This document shows positions 47,539 to 61,100 of a DNA stretch of 64,000 nt, one piece after another. Source of the DNA: Tubulanus polymorphus. Its lineage: Eukaryota > Animalia > Nemertea. Numbering within the stretch: the stretch's first letter is position 1; each line of letters begins with the position of its first letter. The position numbers and the translations under genes are program-made. The stretch is from positions 8,030,451 through 8,094,450 of the forward strand of contig NC_134035.1 in NCBI RefSeq assembly GCF_964204645.1. The letters are read 5' to 3'. The notes beneath the pieces were generated by a model that worked only from the letters and a program-made list of their open reading frames with translations, was not told the origin of the DNA and searched no databases.

Positions 47539-48832
47539 TATGTGGTCGGTCATTGGTCATTTATCAAAAGCCTATTGAACAGTCCATTGCAGAGAACTAA
47601 GATTGCCCTTGTCAGTCATTTAAAAGTTTTACTGTCTCCAGATATTACTGTGTTGTATGTAAATCTGTTATTTGTTTACTGGGCTGCTCTGGTGACCTTT
47701 GATCTATGAAGTCCTTTACCTTGCTTATAAATGTATTTTTATATGATTTTTGCATTTATTCAATAGGATTTAAATGTATTTGTAAATCAGACTTGTACCA
47801 TATATACTTTCCACCGTTCTAATCGGGAACTATTACGGTAATATTATTGTACGATCTTGTTGTCAAATAAAATATCAATGCTACTTAATTTTCTTTTCAC
47901 AAATGTTGTTCAACTGAGTCAAGGATTTTGTGCAAGGGCGTCAAACATCATATACTAGGATTTATGAGTGGCTGTATTCATCCGAGTTCCAACAGATATG
48001 GGAAAATCATGGAATTTGGATTCATTTCATGAAAATCTAGGAATTCGATTTTTGATGTCTTGTTGTTCATGTGACGAGTGCCACAAGGAAACTCTTGATA
48101 AGAAACCGCTCGCACTAAGAATATCTTGTAATCGATTCATTCAGTTAAAACATTACAACCACCTATAAGTTACAAAGATCTTTGCAGGGGGAGCTTGCCA
48201 TTTCCAAACTATAGTTCCGTTCTGCTGCTATCCGTCGTATCAACTACTAACCAAAGCAATTATCGTTTATTGAGCAATCAGTTGCATTTTTATAACACTG
48301 GCAGAGCGGGCGATCTTCAGAGAAATGAATACGAAATTGAGAGGAGAGGTTACCCCTTTAAAAATCCTTTATGGAGAACTGTGTTCGATCAAAACAAACA
48401 ATAGACTTTATGTACACTATACATATTCAGTTGAGCTATTATTTATTTACTAAGTTACAATTTACACCTAATCGACACATGCATTCACTCCTACTTTTAC
48501 ATGCAAATATATACAATACAAAGGATTCGTTGTGTTCAATTTTGTGTCTAGAATCCTAAAACCATAGTTATCTCTCATTGTCCAGCCTTCTGGATAAGAA
48601 TTACAATGGTTTTCTTCACTGTAACTCGATATGCGTATGTCACCGAACAGCACAAGCCAAGTTCTTTTACGATTTGTCTACACCATATTGATGGTCTTGA
48701 AACATAATTAATGATTCATATAAACATGACAGACCATTGTAGTTTGTAAATGCCCTGATTATCTTTTGTTGTTATCTATGGCAAGTCGACAGCACTGACG
48801 CCACAAGCAACGCCTCTATTGTTCATCGATAA

Positions 48833-51800
48833 CTATTTTGCATTTTGCGACGGCGGTTTCATATGAAACAGAGTGTAATCCAGTTCCTGACGTAGAACTC
48901 CGGTGAGAACAAACTCGGCGTTGTAAACAGCTGCAGGGGAAAAAAGAGAATTGGATTATACTAATGACATACTGAGTTTAATAGTAGTCGATCCGTGTAC
49001 ACTGTAGATAATTGAAGAAGTCCACCTGATGATAGCTGTTAGTCGATAGCTGAAACGTGGTTTCGTTATTTCATATAGAATTCAAATTGTGGGACTTGGA
49101 TTATTTACCGAGTTAATTGATCTCAAATCTCAATTTCTAACATCAAATTCTTTAACCCTTTCAGTGCTGGCTAATTAATACCCTAGTGCTGAAGATAATT
49201 TGAAAATTCTGAAAAATTCCACCCTAGTGTGTTGAATGACGGGAATAGCACTGTAGTGCGTCTACACCCTGGTGCGGTATATCGTTAGTTACTAATATTT
49301 CATTATGTTTGACAGGTGCTGCCATCTTTCAAGAGAGATAATTAGTTATTACTAATTAAATCAATACACCGCAGTGCGGTGTACTAGCAAAATCCATCAC
49401 TAATTCGTACACCGCACTGCGGTGTAGACACACTGAAAGGGTTAAGGAAACTTTCAGGGAGAAGTCACTTATTGGAGTCAATAGAGTCATCAATGTAATG
49501 ATCATTTCACCTACAACGACTCAAGTGAGTTTGACTGTAATACCAATGGCCTATCTGTTTGTTTCAATGCTCTTCATATATGAAACATGAAATGGTTCCA
49601 ACACTACCGAATGAGTTGACGTTAACCTCGAACACTTACGTAGTCTACGGTGGAACATATCGATCAGAAGTTGGCGATCGTTGTCACAACCGATTACAAT
49701 AAACGCCGGAAAACCCTACAAAAAAACACCGAACACGCTACTATATGGTATGATACAAATAACAATCAAAATATAAATTCTCGAGATATTGTCGTGTAAA
49801 ACTTACTCTGGGAGTTCGCTGCATTGCGATCGCCCGTACAGACGGCCTACGGTTGACGACCGTACCGCCGGCGCTGATTACGATATCGCGTATTAAAGGC
49901 TTCCCCGGATCGGTACTCGGCGTGATGTAGAACGTCATATCTTTGAAAAGCGGCCTCATTCGAGCTCGTCGCAACGATTCCGGGATGTCAATACTGTACA
50001 TAGCCTCGGCTTTGTCGTCTCGTAATGTAAATGGCACCTCATCTGAATTGAATGAGAAAAATGTTCATTCAGTTGCGACAACCAACCGTGTTCATTTATG
50101 TTACCCAAGTAGTTTCAAGTTTAAGCGGGGAAGTAAATTGAACAACTTTAAGATCAGGGCTCGGTTTCATAGAGTATCAAAGTTATCCCTAGGGATAACT
50201 CCTCAGTCTGGGTAACAACCACCATAGTAACAATAAGAAACCATGGTTATAACTGACGAATTTCAAAATTTTCCCAGGGGTATGACTGCCCCGATGAAAA
50301 TATGTAAAATTCACCGATTGAGTTTTCTTCCGAGGCGTCTCCTTTATCTTAATCTAATACACATAAATTCACAAAATATTCCCAAGTTAACATGTTAACA
50401 CACACCGATAAATTCGCCTTTTTCGGCACTTTTCTCAATCCACTCGGTGTTGACTATGTGTCGCACAACGCTGATCGCTGTCAGGAATTTACAAGTTCTC
50501 ACCAGTTCATTCGCGACGAGATGCGTAGGGCATTTCGCTTTATTCGTAATCGAACCACCGAGCTTCTCAACTTTCTGAAAGAACGAGCAATACGGATTAG
50601 CCAGTCCCTTTTATAGGAGTCATTCATTTTTTACGTAAGCATCCCTCACTGATGGAAATATGATGGCTTTGGAAATAACACTTTAACCGCCACCGAAGCC
50701 GTGGCTATTCATGATATATAGGACTGCATTTTCAAACTCAATGATAACTGATGTCCAACTGCCTTCACTCTTTGTACAGCGCTTCAAGCCGTTTATAAAC
50801 CTTTTCGATTGAACTCATTTAGCAAAACAGAAGATTCTTCTTGGTAGAGGATTTTCTAGCGTCACAGAGATGAAATAATTGACTATTGAAAGGTAACGTT
50901 GATAATTCCTCTTCAGGAAGAGGAATTGTGGAAGCGCAATCGCAAAGGACCTAAACATGTACAGATACAGATCATCGAAGATTGTTGTTACACCGCACTA
51001 ACCTCCACAAGGTCTGATAACAGAGTTTTGTTGATACCGGTCATCAGTATCAGCGGTTGATTTCCGTGCACTTCGTCTTGGCCTTCTTTGATGCATTTGT
51101 CAATGATCGAGTCGAGTTCACTTGTCGGAGATAACCTGATGAGCAGACAATTCAAACAATTATAGTCATTCTCTCTTATCGATGGACAAAGTAAACAAAA
51201 TTTTGACACATTTTCTGAGAGCTCAAACCTAGGAGCTGTGTTATTTGAATGTACAATCAACTCTCGATAATCCAGTCCTATTTATTAATAGATAATCATA
51301 TCATGAAACTTTTTAACTTATCCATAGAAAATTAGCAAGCCCAACTGGAGACTACTGTACTAACTGACCACTTTCCACCCATTTACAAATCTCCCAAGTT
51401 TTCCCGGAATTTATTCATGTGATTACACAAAATTCCCTGGTGAATCAAGAGAAACTTCAAGGTTTTAAAATGTTACAATTCATTTTTCACTGAATACAGC
51501 TCAAGAAACACAGTCTATAGCATTATCTGAATTCCCTGGGTTTTCAAAGTTTTTGGTAAAAATTGTCAAATTCACCAAGTTTTCCCTGATTTTTTTCTTG
51601 ATTTTTCCAATTCCCTGAGTTTATACCAGGTCAGAGGCCACCTTGGATTAACCAGAGTTGACTGTAGAAGATTGCGCTTAACGTACTTGACTCGTTTTGC
51701 GGCTGGTTCATCTTCGAGTTGATCAGCATCTTTACGTTTGTTGGCAGCAGTTTGAGCAGTTTCAATACCGGCAGACGGATAAGACGTATTACTCGAACTC

Positions 51801-54800
51801 GACTTAAACTTCTGCAATATACAATATACACCTCATAACATATATCAGTAGTAAATTTACTACCAGTACATTAACTTGTACAGCTAAATATTTTTTAAAA
51901 GCTAAATTTTCGTTTCCACAGACAAGTGACGGTCTATAATTCAATTGAGATAACCCCATGGTTTGGCGTCTCGAATCAATCCTACGATCCGTTTTAGAAA
52001 GATTTTCAAAATAAAATTTTTGAAAACGGCTCATCGAATTGAATTGGTTCCTACTCGCTAAGTTTTTATTCAACGCTACTGAAGTGATTTTATTGTACTC
52101 TAATATTTATGGAATATTCAGACAGAAAAAAGTTACCTTCCATGTATCCTTGCTGATTTTAAGTGGTTGCATCCAGCCTTCTATAAATGGACAAACACAA
52201 AATTGTTATCACTAGTAAAAATACATTGAGAGCGATAAAACATTTTGTACATAGCCCTATTTGATAATTGTGACGTACTTAGTAAATGATGAAGCCGACT
52301 GATATCCACTTGGAAATCGTCTTTCAGCGCGAACTGCTGATATTTCGGCGGTATCGGTAATTTCAACGCCTCCAGATGTCCCATTACGAGATCATTCAAC
52401 CACTGTACGTTCAACACGGGTATTCTCTTATCGCGAGCTTTATCGTACTTCGAACCAGACGGCCTGATTTAGAAGGAAAAATGCTACACGTTGACGGATG
52501 TTTTGGTATTTCCAAAATCCTTAGCATCCTTAGCACATGCACACACATATCAAAATACATAAGATCTGAATCTAACAGTAGTCAAATACAGCTAAACTTG
52601 CTTGATCTGGATGAGTTTGATTCAGATTTCACGTTGGTTTGAGTAAAACAGTAGACAAATGATGACTCGAAACTTCATTGTTACTCTAGTATTTTACCGA
52701 TCATCAACTCTAATAGACTTTTGAGCAACTAGCACGTCCTGATCGAGGGTAATTACTTCTTAGGACATCACGCCTAACTGTTTTAAAAAGTTTTTATTTC
52801 TCTAATTCTCAATCGCAGTTGAAGGTCATCATTATGCTTTTTTTAAATCCACTGGGACCCAGTTTCACAGTCGTGAGTTAGAGTTAACTCTGAGTTTAAG
52901 TTAGTTCATTTTCAATGAGTTAACCCAGAGTCAAATATTAACTCAGAACTGTGGAACTGGGCTCTGAACATCATTCAGAGAGCTAATTTACTTATCAAAT
53001 TCAATCTAAATGGAAATACCAATCTTTATAACGCCAAATTCGTAATCATGCCTTGTTTTTTATTGGTCTCAATAGCGGCATTATAAAGGAGTTTCTTTAT
53101 GAATGATAGAACTTACTTTTTACAAATAAGAGCTGAATTCGTGGCAGTCATATAACTAGTATACCTAGCACCGATGCATGATATCATGTATTTCAGCTGA
53201 ATGCGTTCGGTTTCACTGAATTTTGATATAGCTATAATCTACAAACAAAAATCATACATCACAAGTTTTTACAATGAATAGGGAGTTGATGTCAGTTTTT
53301 ATTTTAAAAATTTTACATACCTGACTAGAACAAGGTTTATTCTGACCGTATATGGATGGAAAATGCAACACGTGCCACGGTGGTTTCATACATTTCTGCG
53401 TAAGACAAGCGTTCAACCAATGCGCAGTTACAACCCTTTTACCATCGTTTACAGCCTGTAATCGACAGTAGATCATACGAATATCAATACTTCAGTCTTT
53501 TCAATTGACTACTGACCATTTTCCCGTAGTCCATGTAACAGGGATGATACATTAGTACTGGAATTGCAAACTTTAATGCGGGATATTGACAATGGAGGAT
53601 CCGTATCGTGAGAAGATACTCTCTATAATTGTATTAAGTGAGCCTTGTAATTGTCAGCACACATGTAATGTATATGGCGCGTTAAACAGTCAGGAGACTT
53701 TTCAAACAGTCACTACTTCCGTCTTAGGCTTACTGATCATATAATCAACAAGATGCCCCAATTTGCCAACTTTCTCAATTTTCAATGCCCCCTTGCCATT
53801 CAAGGCCTTTAAAAAATTCTCTTCTTTCACTGCTATTCTCTGTGTTAACACTTTCAGTGCTGACTGATCAATACCCTATAGTGCTGGAGATAATTTGAAA
53901 ATTTTGGAAAAATTCCGCCCTAGTGTGTTGCACAACGGGAATACCACTATAATGCGTCTACACTGCGGTGAGGTGTATCGTTAGTTACTAGTATTTCACT
54001 ATGTTTGACACGTGCTGCCATCTTTCAATAGAGATAAAAACTAATTACTAATTACACCAATACACCGCAGTGCGGTGTACTAACAAAATCATCACCGATT
54101 CATATACCGCAATGCACTGTATACGTACTGAAAGGGTTAAATGCCCTTACCCTAATGTACAGTTTTATCGCTAGAAAACAGAGGAAGCCGTGTTCATCAG
54201 AATTGTTTTCAAGCGTAATGCTTACTCTTAAACATCGAAGCAGACGGCATCGCGTACTCACCAGTTGATAGATATCGCTTTTCTGATTCGCGCAGAGAAG
54301 ATGAGTAATTCTGTTCGAGTAAGACGCATCGACTTGGCCACCGTACTGATCGATCACGGTCTTCCATACGTCGATTTCGTTTTTCTTAACGATGTGTTGA
54401 TAGTCGGTGATGTAGAATACACATCCAAGTAAACATAGTTCAGGAGGAACTGTAAACAAACCAGTCAAATATCAGGGCCGTCGGAACAGGATCAGAAGCA
54501 GCCCCACTATTTTGTTTAACAAAATTTTTTTCATAAGCACGCTGTACCGCGTAGCAGCTCGTCGTCCTCTGTACTAGGTGGTTGGCTCACGACTTCTCAT
54601 GCTTCGGTGAATGAGACCGTGAAATGGCCCCAAAACGCATCTCCGTCGATTGTATTTTCAAAACTTTTCTAGGGCAGGGCCCCCAGCCCCCTTCAGAAAT
54701 AAGCCTCGTCACTGAAAAATTCCTTCTGACGGCTCTGAATATATACAATCTTCAATCTGTCCTCATTTTGGATTTTCGCTGTAATGGGTTACCAGCAGAC

Positions 54801-57800
54801 GACAGACTGGCATAACAGTTACACTCCGCTCATTTCATAAAATCAGCTCATTTCATAAAATCAGCTCATTTCATAAAATCAGCTCATTTCAATGGATTTT
54901 GAGGCTCCCAAATTGAAACGTTGTCAAACATGTTATCAAATAGCCATAAGATTGATTCACAATCAGTGTATGGTATAGTTTTATTGGAAATTGATTTAGT
55001 AATGAGAACAAGAAAATTAACTTTAATAAATTATTTGACGCCTGCGAAAAAATGTAGAATTTCTGGGATAAGCTAATGTGGAATTGTAAATTTGAAATCG
55101 AAGTTTTAAGAAATTTCGGGAATTATGAGATTTGGCGATTGGGTAGATGATACAGTCTTCGACTGGTCTAATTAAAAAAAAAATTGTCAACTTGTGACTT
55201 CGATTCACTTTTGCCTCTAAGCTGGTCTGCAACTTCATTGCTTCCATGGTTGAAGAAAGAGCTCTTCTGATGTCTGCTTCATCATGACTTTGAGCATATC
55301 GTGTAGCCAGCCAGGAGCTGTTCCTGGGGCCCGGTCTGGCTGTCACTTGATATCCTAGACTTGAGTCTGGGTTGAAGTAGACATTGTCATTTAAATAACT
55401 TATTCATGTTATTCTGTATGAATTACCCGTGTGTCTTGTATTTTCTTGTTTTAAAATTTGTAAATGTATTGATTTTTGGAATTTTATCCCAGAATTTCAA
55501 TGTAATAAGGATCAATAAAGTGTTGAATTTAATTGTCACCTTCATGCAATCAGTGGACGCGGAGCCGTATATGACAGCTATGCTATTATAAATTGCTAAT
55601 CTCATGAAACCTGCATACGTCTAATATCGAACATATTTTCTAAAACATTTGAATATTGAAATTATTTTACACGTTTTTATATAGACCGCTTGTAGCCGCC
55701 GATGAAATTCACACCGGCCCAACTCAGATCGTAGATAGCTTCGTCATTCCACCGGCATCCCCATGTCAGGGTCTGACTTTTATATCAGACTTCCAAATCG
55801 TGTATACATCCGCCATTTAACCGAATAATCCGATTTACTTATCATTTCTATTTATCCCTGCCGCTCCTGATATAATCATACATCCTTTACTATTACAATA
55901 CGTCTTCTCATGATATTCAATGCGATATAACATTTCGACGTTCAAATAGAGGTCATTATATAATCACAGGAAGCCATTCTACATCTTAATCAATAATATT
56001 TTGCCAAATAGCTTGTATGTGTACACATAAACCTGTGACGTTTTGCACATCGATTTACGGTTGTCGTTTGTAAAATGACGCTGAATGGTTATAATTGTTT
56101 AGGTTTCATAATGGTAACGTTTTATAGGGCGTCAAAAAATTGATGTTACCACTAGGGAAGCTGGCAGACGCTCGCAGAATCGTCGCTTACCACAGTAGTG
56201 GTACCGGTACTCTACGGTAATTGTGCGCTTGATTTGAAACTGAACTCTGAATCGGCTCAAGATTATAATAATGAAAATCTTTTTCAGAGAGTTCAATGAC
56301 TTATTTTTACAGCCGACAGAAGGCATAATTATATACACTAAAAGGGAGGAATGTAACAATTTTTCTGAGTTTTTTTGTGAGTATGACGCTCAAGGCAATA
56401 ACTACCTGCCATTAGTTTTTCGGAGGGGTTTTAAACACAAATTAGATTAATTTGACATGAAAACCATAGTGTAATTGAAAATGAACTAAATATGAATCCA
56501 ATTTTGAGTGTGTTTATGATATTTTTAGAGTAATTCAGCCATAAAAGACGTTGTAAGTGTGCCTTGGCGGTAGTCAAGCTTGGATGCTAGTACTGTCCAA
56601 GGGATAAAAATTGTTCATGATGGATTTTCAGAGAGAAACGAAATAAATCAGGGTAAATACACGCACCTGTATCACTGGGGTCGTGTCCGTAATAGGTAGG
56701 TGTCAATTCAATATTTTGTCCTTGATTGAGTTGTTGGCCAGCCATCAACTGTTGTTTTCTTTGGCTCAAAGAAGCCAACAGATCTTTCACCTAAACAAAA
56801 AAAATTTCCGCAACATAAGCAAGGAATTCAAAACAGCTTTAACAAATTTTTGTCTCTTGAGAGATTGATCCTGGAATGAGTGAAGTTCGACCATATTTCA
56901 AATCCCAATCATCTATATAACTAACCTAAGGCCCCGATCATTTCAGGGTTTAACCAAAATTAATGAACCTTTCGAATGTGCTCTTCCGGACAGAGGACCT
57001 GGCTAATTACTCTCCAATTGGTTTCTTATTTATTTGTAAGCTTCCGTCAATTTAGTGACATCTGCCGGACAAAAACCTCACATAAATGGAGCCTTCAGTA
57101 AGCACGATCGAAAGGGACCTAGTTTGTTTGAGGAACTCAATTCATTCAGGCCATGTTACAATGCAATAATATCTATACCTTTTCAGTTCCCGATCGTATC
57201 GGAGACTTCGGTGGTTGTCCGCTGTTTATGATATTACGTAAAGCCGCTTTCGGAATTTCACTAATCGGCATCGGAATACCGGGAATCTGCATCATTGGTT
57301 TACTGGTCATATCCGTCATTCTCACCGCTCCGCCAGCCTGTGATGATATTAACAATCCTTTATTACCGGGGAAGGTATATAACAGACATACTACTATATC
57401 GCATCTATCCTGTAGTGCGATGTATCACCGATAGTTTGCTATATTGTATTTACCCCACAGTGCAGAGTACTAAAACGATGAACAACTATATCGCATGTCT
57501 ACTGCATAGTATATAGCGGATGCACCTTTATGTCGAGCCATTCCTGTGGTGCAATGTATCATGGATGTTCTGTTATATTGTATTTACCCCACAGTGCAGT
57601 GCACTAAAACGATGAACCACTATATTGCATGTCTACTGCATAGTATATAGCGGATACACCTTTATATCGAGTCTATCCTGTGGTGCGATGTATCATGGAT
57701 GTTCTGCTATATTGTATTTACCCTACAGTGCAGTTTACTAAAACAATGTACCACTATATTGCATGTTCCCTGTAGTGTAGTATGTAATGGATGCACATAA

Positions 57801-60633
57801 ATATTGCGTCTACCCTGCAGTACTGCGTGTAACGGACAAACAGCTAGATTGCTTTATATACACAGGTGTACTGCTATATGTCCACCCACGAATACGGTGC
57901 ATCCTTAGTTACTATCATTTCCATGTTTCAAGAGGTGCTGCCATCTTTCAATGGAGATTTAACTTATCTACGCGTAAAATTGGGCGAGTGGATTATACAA
58001 TGCATAGGAAGATAGATAGTTAAAAGGGTTTAACAAACTCTGGAATGTTCTATCGAAGTAGATCTCTCGTACCTGCATTCTATTGCTGACCATTTTCGCC
58101 AACGCAACCTTAGCGCCGGCCTGCGGACTCTCCTCGATATCGAAGACACCAGATACATTAATAGAATCGTCGGTTATTTCCATAGGAACGGTTAATGATA
58201 CGTCAGCTGCAGCCGGTGCGGGTGGTTTCGGTTTTTCGAGTATCAATAGTTTCGGATGGTATTCACGTTCGGATTTGCGTGTTTGCGATTTGACGCAGTC
58301 GTGCGCCCAATCTATCGTCACTATTCTTATTGCACTTTCTCCCAGTTTCATAGCGTGATCGTACTTTGCCTGTGAAAGAGAAACAACAATTCTAACCGGA
58401 ATATCATAGGTTTAAATCTTTAAGCAAACATTCTTAACCCTTTCAGTGTCGACTAATTAATACCATATAGTGCTGGAGATAATTTGAATTTTTTTTTAAA
58501 ATTCCACCCTAGCGTGTTGAATAACGGGAAACCACTATAGTGCGTCTACACCGTGGCGCAATGTATTGTTAGTTACTAGTATTTCACTATGTTTGACAGG
58601 TGCTGCCATTTTTCAAGAGAGATAATTACTAATTACATCAATACACCGCAGTGCGGTGTACAAGCAATATCTATCACTGATTTATACACTGCACTGCGGT
58701 GTAGACGCACTGAAAGGGTTAAAGCCCTACTTTGGACACAATTCACAAGACATTTCGTACACTAATACCCTTACTTGAACGGATACGTTAAAGACATAGA
58801 TCGAAACCGTTTGATTATTTGCAAATTAGCAATGTCAACATATTTTCCAGACATTACCCTGATTTAGCTTCATTCAATTCCCTGATTTTTTTTAAGAAAA
58901 GAATATTCCCCGACTTCTGGATTAGTGGCGTAGTGGCGACTTTGCAAATGCTGCTAGAATCAATAAACCCAATGCTATTTGATATAAGTTGATCGAACCG
59001 GCTTCAATATTGATTCCGTTTGTATCTTACCCCGGAAGGTTTATTGCAGAATAAATGAGTGACGGTCTTGTTGAATTTTCGCGTACAGACACCACCGTGA
59101 TAGTTCACCATCGCCCACAATGTTTTATAATCAGCCAGCGCGATCTGTGACGCACAAACGACCAGACCGGAGAACAGACGATACTTCTCTAAATTAAACG
59201 CTTCTAATCTGTATTCATCGAATCAAGGATTGAATAATTCGCAGGACTCTAAGGCTGGACCATGGGTCCAGTAGGATCAACTGAATACAGTACCTTTGAG
59301 CATAAAATTGTTAATTTAATGTAATAAAGATGAAATTCTTGGTGCACAAGTGTGGTAAGCACGTTGTACTTGATGATATTCGTGGTGATGGGTTTTTCCC
59401 ATGAATCACTAGCACATGGCAGGTTCATTCTACACAAATTGAACTTGGAGGCTGAAGGGCTCTCCCAGTGATGTCATCATCAAGGAACTAGGTCACGAGT
59501 TGATTAGTAGAATGGGTAATAAATGCTCCATTGAAATTTTGCAAATTTTCTCCTAATACTTTCAAATGGCTTAGAGCTGATTGATGAAACTCTCCATACT
59601 GATTCTAACACCGATTTCCCTCCGAAAGACAAGATATCAGTCGTGTATATCCATCGGTTACAATTAGTGCCACCAAGAGTTTACGGAAAGTTACTCTCAG
59701 AACCATTCTATAAGCATCCTAAAAACTCATACCTTGTTTCTCATTTCTGCTGTCTATATACCCTGTCTACATAATGAAACATGACATCATCTTTGTTAAG
59801 CCAAAATGTAAAATTTTGTTTAACGCCAACTACAACGCCAGTTTCGTTCAAAGTTCTTGGGCACATTGTTCAAAAACTCTATTCTTTGAACCATATGTTG
59901 ATCATTTCTGTCGACTAAGAAGAAAATGATTACTGCACTGAAAAGTGATATAAGATGAAATGGTGCACAATCAACGTATCATTTCCTTACTGTAAACTTA
60001 CATAGGCCTATATAGATTAGACCTCACTAGTCACAACTCGGGCCTATTAAGTTCTTAATGAAATACTTTCAAAGGATACGGCAATATACAGCCACATTTC
60101 AATGACTGTGTCACCCACTTCGACTGAAAGAAAATATTAAGTATTAACTGTTGTACTGTGATGCTGTTTTTTTTTAACGGATGAAGGAATATTAAGTGTC
60201 TCCTTATTACCGATACGACGGGTAACTCAAATAAGTCAACGGCTTCTGCGTATTCGTCCTGTTCGATATCATCGCAGATGACATGCGTCACCATTTCTGT
60301 CAGGTAGCTATCTTTCGTCGCACCATTGTCGTTCAGCAATTCTTCAATCTGAAATTGCAGAAAAAAAAACACCGATTGATGCAATTCTGTTCCCTCATTG
60401 GAGAGCCTTAACAAATACAGCCCACGCAGAGTACGACACTTGAGTGTCTTAAAAAGGAGTACATGAAGTTTTGACAGCTTGTTTGTTTGTAATACTGCTG
60501 GCGCCATCTATCGAAAGCTTTGAGAATTAAAAATTCTGCGTTGACGTTGTACACTTACTTTATCGTCGATATTTCCGATTAATAAATAATTAACGCCCTC
60601 AAAAACGGGTTTTGCAACCTCTGTCGATGTCAT
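48833..60633 (-). CDS. PAXIP1: PAX-interacting protein 1 / PTIP (multi-BRCT protein)
   Basis: Eighteen in-frame exons: 60633-60559, 60348-60211, 60123-60080, 59208-59031, 58369-58073, 57337-57179, 56790-56667, 54449-54262, 53455-53321, 53238-53117, 52463-52279, 52180-52137, 51811-51687, 51135-51003, 50574-50406, 50042-49807, 49715-49640, 48930-48833. Motifs: LWAMVNYHGG, YYGHDP..VPPELCLLGCVFYITDY, VTAHWLN..PPWHVLHFP, NVQWLNDL, YNAEFVLTGVLRQ. Confidence 0.93.
49156..49441. mobile_element. piggyBac-like MITE, family A
   Basis: TTAA TSD, CCCTTTCAGTG TIRs. Confidence 0.85.
53849..54136. mobile_element. piggyBac-like MITE, family A
   Basis: TTAA TSD; same internal sequence as the other copies. 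Confidence 0.8.
54473..54737. mobile_element. hAT5-like MITE, 5-bp TSD AATAT
   Basis: CAGGGCCGTCGGAA / TTCTGACGGCTCTG flanked by AATAT. Confidence 0.75.
54828..54891. repeat. 18-bp tandem repeat, about 3.5 copies
   Basis: GCTCATTTCATAAAATCA. Confidence 0.85.
57385..57790. repeat. 134-bp tandem repeat, 3 copies
   Basis: TGC(G/A)ATGTATCA at 57416, 57550 and 57684. Confidence 0.8.
58438..58718. mobile_element. piggyBac-like MITE, family A
   Basis: TTAA TSD, CCCTTTCAGTG TIRs. Confidence 0.85.
59209..60079 (-). other. U12-type (minor spliceosome) GT-AG intron in PAXIP1
   Basis: 5' splice site GTATCCTTT; branch-like ATCCTTGAT with its A about 14 nt from the acceptor; no polypyrimidine tract; reading frame preserved across the junction. 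Confidence 0.85.
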
Positions 60634-60639
60634 AGTTTA

Positions 60640-61100
60640 CGTTTCCTCTAAAACTTGCACCATCGACACTTGCATAGATCCGTATATAGTAATAATAGTA
60701 CGAAGGGAAACTCCACAGAATGGATTCGCGCGATTGCGGGATGTTCAACGCGGCTCTAAAATCTCCAATGCCACACCAGAGCAGAGGAACAATAAATCTC
60801 GAATATGAAACGTCTTCTTGTGAAAATTACTCGAAAGTCAAATGCTTAAAAAATTTCGTCTTTTACGTTTAGCTGTGTACTCAAACCAGGTTTAGACCTG
60901 CTTGTTTTTGGAGATTTTTTTTTGTAAAAAAAATAATTTGTCGTAAAATTTGTGCCGTAAAGCGATCCGTATTTACGGTGGCCATTTTTGTTTGCACCAG
61001 TTCAGCATCTTTTCTCAGAAGAAGGGACTCTTAGTTGTTTTCGGTGCGGCTTAATGGATTGATTGTTGCTCTCTGGTGATCGGAATTTTATTCACCTCAG
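60640..61100. promoter_or_regulatory. Bidirectional promoter PAXIP1 / DCAF7 and candidate DCAF7 non-coding exon 1
   Basis: CpG-rich; E2F-like TTCGCGCG near 60726; YY1-like GGCCATTTT at 60980; donor CA|GTAAGT at 61100; acceptor TTGTAG ending at 62406. Confidence 0.5.
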
